A stretch of 30,000 bases of DNA, taken from a virus (Duplodnaviria; Caudoviricetes). Of this stretch, positions 26,060 through 30,000 are shown piece after piece. The notes below the pieces were generated by a model. That model was given only the letters and a program-made list of their open reading frames with translations. It did not search any database and was not told where the DNA came from. Numbering within the stretch: the first letter of the stretch is position 1; each line of letters opens with the position of its first letter. The position numbers were made by a program, and so were the translations under genes. The stretch is from the IMG/VR virus record IMGVR_UViG_3300034684_000247, positions 1 to 30,000 of that record, one strand, 5' to 3'.

Positions 26060-27750
26060 CTGCCTACCACCCCTTGCATCATCTCCTGAGCAGAGGACCC
26101 TTCTGGGCTGTTCATCTTCCCGGCTGCATCAGCCTGTATCTTGAGCCTCTCTGCCTCGGCTTGGGCTTCCAGCAATCTCTGCTGGTTCTGTTTGATTTTC
26201 TTCACTTCCGTCACCTCACGGATGATTGTCTGTGGCATCCCGTTTGCACTCATCGCCTGGCGAATCAGCTCATCGAAATCTACATTCACCTGTGCATCCG
26301 GATTCAATTGCATGACAGCTGCGAGAGCCTGCATGCCTTGTGTGATACCGGTCGTCTGGTGATATGCCTTCATGTTCTGCGCGAGTGGTCCATCCAACTC
26401 AACCTTGACCTCCCCTTTCTCAGAAGCCTTGATGAGCTCCTCCGGTGGTGGGGGCAGGTAGCCTCCCTTGCGGAGAATGTTGTACGTCCGCATGACCAGT
26501 GGGGTGATTTTCTCTTCCTGCATGTTCCCGATGATTGAGGAGAGCAATACCAGACCTTCCCCCTTGATCTCACGTACCTCTGTAGCGGTCCTCTGTTGAT
26601 CCTGCCGCATCAGGATGTTGAACAGGTCAGAGTACAATACAGCCTGGAGCATACGGGTCAGAATCTGGATCTGATTTGCAAGATGATTGAGATCGAGGGA
26701 GGACGGGAACAGCTTTGGTTCCCCCGTCTGTGCAAGGTTTGCATAATTCCGCCCACCTGGATTGAGGTTGAGCCTTCCCTTGAGTATCTCAGGGGCAAAG
26801 ATTGGAGGATCTGCCTGTTTTGCGGCGGATGTCGCATACAGGTATTCAAGCTTGTCCAGCTTCTTGATTTCCTCAAGGTATTCAATGACCGGGGAGCTCC
26901 CGTAAGGACTGGTGCCGTTGAGGGTCCACCTATGGACCGCTACAGGGAATTCGTCATAGCCACTCTCTGCAAACACCTCATCACCCACATAGCTGTAGTG
27001 CACAGATGCGAAGCGCTTCTCGGTGGATATGATCGCCTTACCTTTCTTGTCCAACGCATCGGTACGAGGATAGATTGCATGGAGCATCTTGATTCTCTGA
27101 TGGCCTGCACCATTGTGGTACATCCTGAGAACTTCCTTCGGTAGATGGTCCCCCCAGCGCTCATAAGCAAGCTTCACGGGAATCTCGTAGACTCGGAAGA
27201 ACTTGTCCACCTTCCGCATCTCATCCTCCCCGATGTAATACTCCTGCGGGTCGATGGTGTCATACACCATGCCCCCATTATCGAGGTTGTCCACGATGAA
27301 TTCTGCGCTTGTCCCCTGTACAAATGCGTCCTTTGTGGCGAGGTGTGTAGCCGAATAGAAATTGCACTGTGCAAATACATTGAGCAACATGGAGATCACC
27401 TGCTCGAGGTAATCCTTCGCCCCGTAGATCTTGTCCGATCGCTGGAAGTTCTTGCCCTGGGTTGTGAAGCTGAACCAGCGGATATTCTGGCTGATCAGAT
27501 ATCCCATGATCCCATTCACGCTGGTGTTGATGGCCTCCACCTGAACATTGGTGTGTAGTTTTACAGGCTTGATATTGCTGTGCCCAACATTGAAAGCATC
27601 GGTCCTGTGCTTTGCAAATGCGCAAGCTTCCCACCTGATTCCCTCAGTGGGTCGACGGATATCTTCCATCTCCGACAATGTCTCCAGCAATGATTTCTTG
27701 AGGTCTTCCAGCCTCTTTTTCCTTGTATCCACATCACAAGTGAAACACAA
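26056..27750 (-). CDS. Portal (head-to-tail connector) protein, T7 gp8/Bbp21-like
   Basis: About 560 aa with RWF, GY.EFP..V.RW....SPYG.SP and RTATEV..E motifs. Start uncertain (TTG 27750 or GTG 27732). Confidence 0.92.
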   Translation of the reverse strand: MCFTCDVDTRKKRLEDLKKSLLETLSEMEDIRRPTEGIRWEACAFAKHRTDAFNVGHSNIKPVKLHTNVQVEAINTSVNGIMGYLISQNIRWFSFTTQGKNFQRSDKIYGAKDYLEQVISMLLNVFAQCNFYSATHLATKDAFVQGTSAEFIVDNLDNGGMVYDTIDPQEYYIGEDEMRKVDKFFRVYEIPVKLAYERWGDHLPKEVLRMYHNGAGHQRIKMLHAIYPRTDALDKKGKAIISTEKRFASVHYSYVGDEVFAESGYDEFPVAVHRWTLNGTSPYGSSPVIEYLEEIKKLDKLEYLYATSAAKQADPPIFAPEILKGRLNLNPGGRNYANLAQTGEPKLFPSSLDLNHLANQIQILTRMLQAVLYSDLFNILMRQDQQRTATEVREIKGEGLVLLSSIIGNMQEEKITPLVMRTYNILRKGGYLPPPPEELIKASEKGEVKVELDGPLAQNMKAYHQTTGITQGMQALAAVMQLNPDAQVNVDFDELIRQAMSANGMPQTIIREVTEVKKIKQNQQRLLEAQAEAERLKIQADAAGKMNSPEGSSAQEMMQGVVGR

Positions 27751-27769
27751 TTCATGGGGACATTGTGTT
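27744..27769. promoter_or_regulatory. Inverted repeat AACACAAT-N10-ATTGTGTT at the portal start
   Basis: Perfect 8-bp arms at 27744-27751 and 27762-27769. Function is inferred only. Confidence 0.45.
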
Positions 27770-27808
27770 AATCAGCAACGGATAAGTACCCTTGATCGCA
27801 AACGTTGA

Positions 27809-27919
27809 CCCCGCTCTTTTCAGAAAGAAGGTGAGTTGAGTATTGTTGAGTATCGTCCCAAAACTATAACGTCATCCCCACTCTCTTCAGAAAGAAGGTG
27901 AGTTGAGTATTGTTGAGTA
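27809..27919. repeat. Two 44-bp direct repeats with a 67-bp period
   Basis: 27809-27852 and 27876-27919 match at 42 of 44 nt. Identical 34-nt core TTCAGAAAGAAGGTGAGTTGAGTATTGTTGAGTA. 23 unique nt lie between them. Confidence 0.95.
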
Positions 27920-27935
27920 ATTCCCTTACAACTAC

Positions 27936-27974
27936 TATTTATTTTGATTTATTTAATTTATTTATTTATTTATA
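27936..27974. repeat. AT-only tract of degenerate (TTTA)n
   Basis: 39 nt containing a single G, in a genome segment that is otherwise roughly half GC. Confidence 0.9.
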
Positions 27975-28022
27975 GAAGAACAAATGAAGAACAATTGTTC
28001 TACACCTGTAATACACGTGTAA
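27975..28022. promoter_or_regulatory. Cluster of palindromes and 11-bp tandem pairs (candidate operator sites)
   Basis: GAAGAACAAAT/GAAGAACAATT tandem; palindrome AGAACAATTGTTCT (27988-28001); TACACCTGTAA/TACACGTGTAA tandem containing palindrome TACACGTGTA (28012-28021). Confidence 0.5.
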
Positions 28023-28316
28023 AGCATTTGATTGCTCTTATTTTTCTCTATTTCTTTTATCTGACTAATTTTATCAAAATATCTATTGAGCATTTAACCA
28101 ACATCCGTGTTCTACCCCTAAGGGATATCTATTTTTAGATGTCTCTGAGATCAAGGTTTGTTCGACCAGAAGTGTGTCTTATCTAGCTTGGATAACTGGC
28201 AAACGTCAACGTAGATAAACAGGAAATCCCATCCATTCCCGAGGGATTCTTGGTAACCGATTGCTATGTTTGTCTCTATGGTAGGTCTTAATGATTGAAC
28301 TATAAAGGTTGCAAAA

Positions 28317-28345
28317 ACATTGCTTTTACATTGCTTTTACATTGC
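28317..28345. repeat. 11-bp tandem repeat ACATTGCTTTT, about 2.6 copies
   Basis: ACATTGCTTTT-ACATTGCTTTT-ACATTGC, read directly. Confidence 0.9.
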
Positions 28346-28399
28346 ATGTGTTTAAAAGATTTGTGAGATGGACTGTTTCGATCAGAATGGTTCTCCATA

Positions 28400-29968
28400 T
28401 CAAAACGGCTCGTATAATTCCTCTTCCTCCTGGTCCGCTCCCAATCTCCTTCTTAAAAGCTCTTCCGCTGTCACAACATCAGGGTATGTGAGCATTGGGG
28501 TGACTTGCTCATCGGTCAGCTTACTCAACGCATCAAGCATGTCGTCATGGCTGCAGAAGGGATACGCGAGATATTCATCCTGCAGGAACTGTTCCATGAG
28601 ATTGACGGTCTCCCCTTCCCAGTTCCTCCACCAGATCACCTCAGGCATATATATCCGGTGATTGCTGAACAACGGCTCCAGGGATTCGATACGCAGCCCC
28701 TTCGCACTGGTTGCCTTCACGGGATACAGAGGGAACCGGTAATTCCTCAGTTCCATCTGCTCCTCGATATGCTGTGTATCTGCCTGCATACCGACAGATT
28801 CATAGAACACACCCAGGTTGGGCCTGTATTTCTGGTGCAGGGCAAAGAGGGCATTCGTCCTTCCCGTAAGGGACAGCTTGTCCCTGATCATGTCAATCAC
28901 ATAGTAGTTCCTGTCAGCCCCCAATCCAATCACCCACATGACTGTATAGTCAGACTTGCGCTTGATCTTGTCTGCAGGATCTACGATTATCACACGGTTG
29001 AGATTTTCCCAGATTGTAGGAGTCCATGGCTTGATCCACTCCCTCAGGAATCCCATGCTCCCAGCCTGTCTGGGATCACACATCATCTGCGAGGCGTAGA
29101 CCCAAGACCCAAGATCCTTCTTCTTGTCTGCCAGGATTTCCCTCGAGAGCAATACAGGATTCCCATGGTCATCCACGCATGGATAGATTCTTGGTTTGGC
29201 AGACCCTCTCTTGAGGATCACGGAATAGGTGTCGGCGTAATGGTATCTGGTACCGATGATCCTCACCTTTGTAGGCTTCCCCCCTGAACTGGCCCCGGTG
29301 TTCAAGCTCATCTCATATGCTTTGGTGGTACGATCAATCATCTCAGGCGTGGTTACGCTGTCGAGTGTCACAACATCATCATACACAAGAATCGTATAGT
29401 GCCCACCCGTCTTCTGCCCGGTAACCAGTCCTGAAGCGGTGAGAGTGTCTTCCTTGGCCCTGTTCCTTCGTTTCACCCGTATGCTGTCGGTTGTCCATGG
29501 GATCCTTTGCCTGACACCGTTCTCATCGATATAGGTACCTTTCAAGGGATCATCCCAAAGGATCTCGGGGAATAACCATTTAAGGCGCCAATTCGTCTCG
29601 AACTCCGTCTTTACCTGGTTCACGAAACTCTTGGCAAGTGTCTGGTTGAAGCTGTAGATGCAGATTCTTTCCTCGGGATCAATCAGTATATCCTGCATGG
29701 TCTTCAGCCATGTGATGATCGAGCTTTTGTAGTGCTCCCTGGCCCATATGTCTATGAAACCGTCCGGGTGCGCCTGTACCTCTTGGCATCTATCATAGAG
29801 CCAATCACGATTGAAATCCTCGCGTTCACATACGAAAAGGGCAAGGAAAAAGATGTTGTGCCGTACCATGTAACGCATCCATTCCCTCAGCCCTTCCATG
29901 TCATCTTTGCTGTTGAAACCATCTATGATCCGTTGGCATTCCACAATGAACTGGTCACGCGTCACCAT
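28400..29968 (-). CDS. terL: Terminase large subunit
   Basis: 522 aa. Walker A-like AREHYKS, TG.H..ILVYDD Walker B, IIGTRY motif, and nuclease motifs IIVDPA, SDYT and HDDMLDAL. Confidence 0.93.
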   Translation of the reverse strand: MVTRDQFIVECQRIIDGFNSKDDMEGLREWMRYMVRHNIFFLALFVCEREDFNRDWLYDRCQEVQAHPDGFIDIWAREHYKSSIITWLKTMQDILIDPEERICIYSFNQTLAKSFVNQVKTEFETNWRLKWLFPEILWDDPLKGTYIDENGVRQRIPWTTDSIRVKRRNRAKEDTLTASGLVTGQKTGGHYTILVYDDVVTLDSVTTPEMIDRTTKAYEMSLNTGASSGGKPTKVRIIGTRYHYADTYSVILKRGSAKPRIYPCVDDHGNPVLLSREILADKKKDLGSWVYASQMMCDPRQAGSMGFLREWIKPWTPTIWENLNRVIIVDPADKIKRKSDYTVMWVIGLGADRNYYVIDMIRDKLSLTGRTNALFALHQKYRPNLGVFYESVGMQADTQHIEEQMELRNYRFPLYPVKATSAKGLRIESLEPLFSNHRIYMPEVIWWRNWEGETVNLMEQFLQDEYLAYPFCSHDDMLDALSKLTDEQVTPMLTYPDVVTAEELLRRRLGADQEEEELYEPF

Positions 29969-30000
29969 CCAGACCCCCCAGCAACCGTCGTGTCCTTTCC

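Larger units (their letters stand above)
1..30000 (-). mobile_element. Phage/prophage virion morphogenesis module, podovirus-like (T7/BPP-1-type gene order); continues beyond both window edges
   Basis: Co-oriented, tightly packed genes in the order terminase, portal, scaffold, capsid, tail adaptor, nozzle, ejection proteins, fibres. No tape measure or sheath gene and no host genes. No integrase or att site is visible, so free phage versus prophage is unresolved. Confidence 0.93.

Noticed and set aside
27809-27919. Calling this a CRISPR array feature
   Set aside because: Only two repeats, no cas genes and no recognised repeat family. Kept as a repeat and as a hypothesis only.
27944-28138. 64-aa plus-strand ORF in the intergenic gap
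   Set aside because: It is the translation of AT-rich low-complexity DNA, with a TTG start and no RBS.
28170-28210. Minus-strand TTGACG as the -35 of a sigma70 promoter
   Set aside because: No convincing -10 hexamer at 16-18 nt spacing.
1974-29287. Many plus-strand and alternative-frame ORFs in the track (e.g. 4808-5758, 15798-16619, 28505-29287)
   Set aside because: They lie antisense to, or inside, well-supported minus-strand genes, have no recognisable motifs, and look like shadow ORFs.
29950-30000. 3' end of an upstream gene (possibly the small terminase)
   Set aside because: Too little sequence to fix the frame or identity.
1-30000. Host assignment
   Set aside because: No host genes, att site or spacer match is available in the window, so any taxon would be a guess.

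Overview
The window is the virion-morphogenesis module of a tailed phage or prophage with a podovirus-like (T7/BPP-1-like) gene order, and every gene is on the minus strand. Read right to left: terminase large subunit; a ~650 bp non-coding, repeat-rich gap; portal; small Bbp19-like protein; scaffold; major capsid; capsid cement-like protein; small protein; tail adaptor; tail nozzle; two internal-virion (ejection) proteins; a giant 4367-aa protein; then three tail/fibre proteins and the start of a fourth. The giant protein sits in the slot of the last ejection protein and looks like a polyvalent protein. It carries an HExxH metallopeptidase, six ADP-ribosyltransferase-like domains, a HhH-glycosylase-like domain and a RadC/JAB domain. 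A short L[FY]Q motif recurs at the module boundaries, which suggests an injected effector polyprotein that may be processed. All family assignments are from motif recognition and synteny, not database searches. The host cannot be determined from this window.
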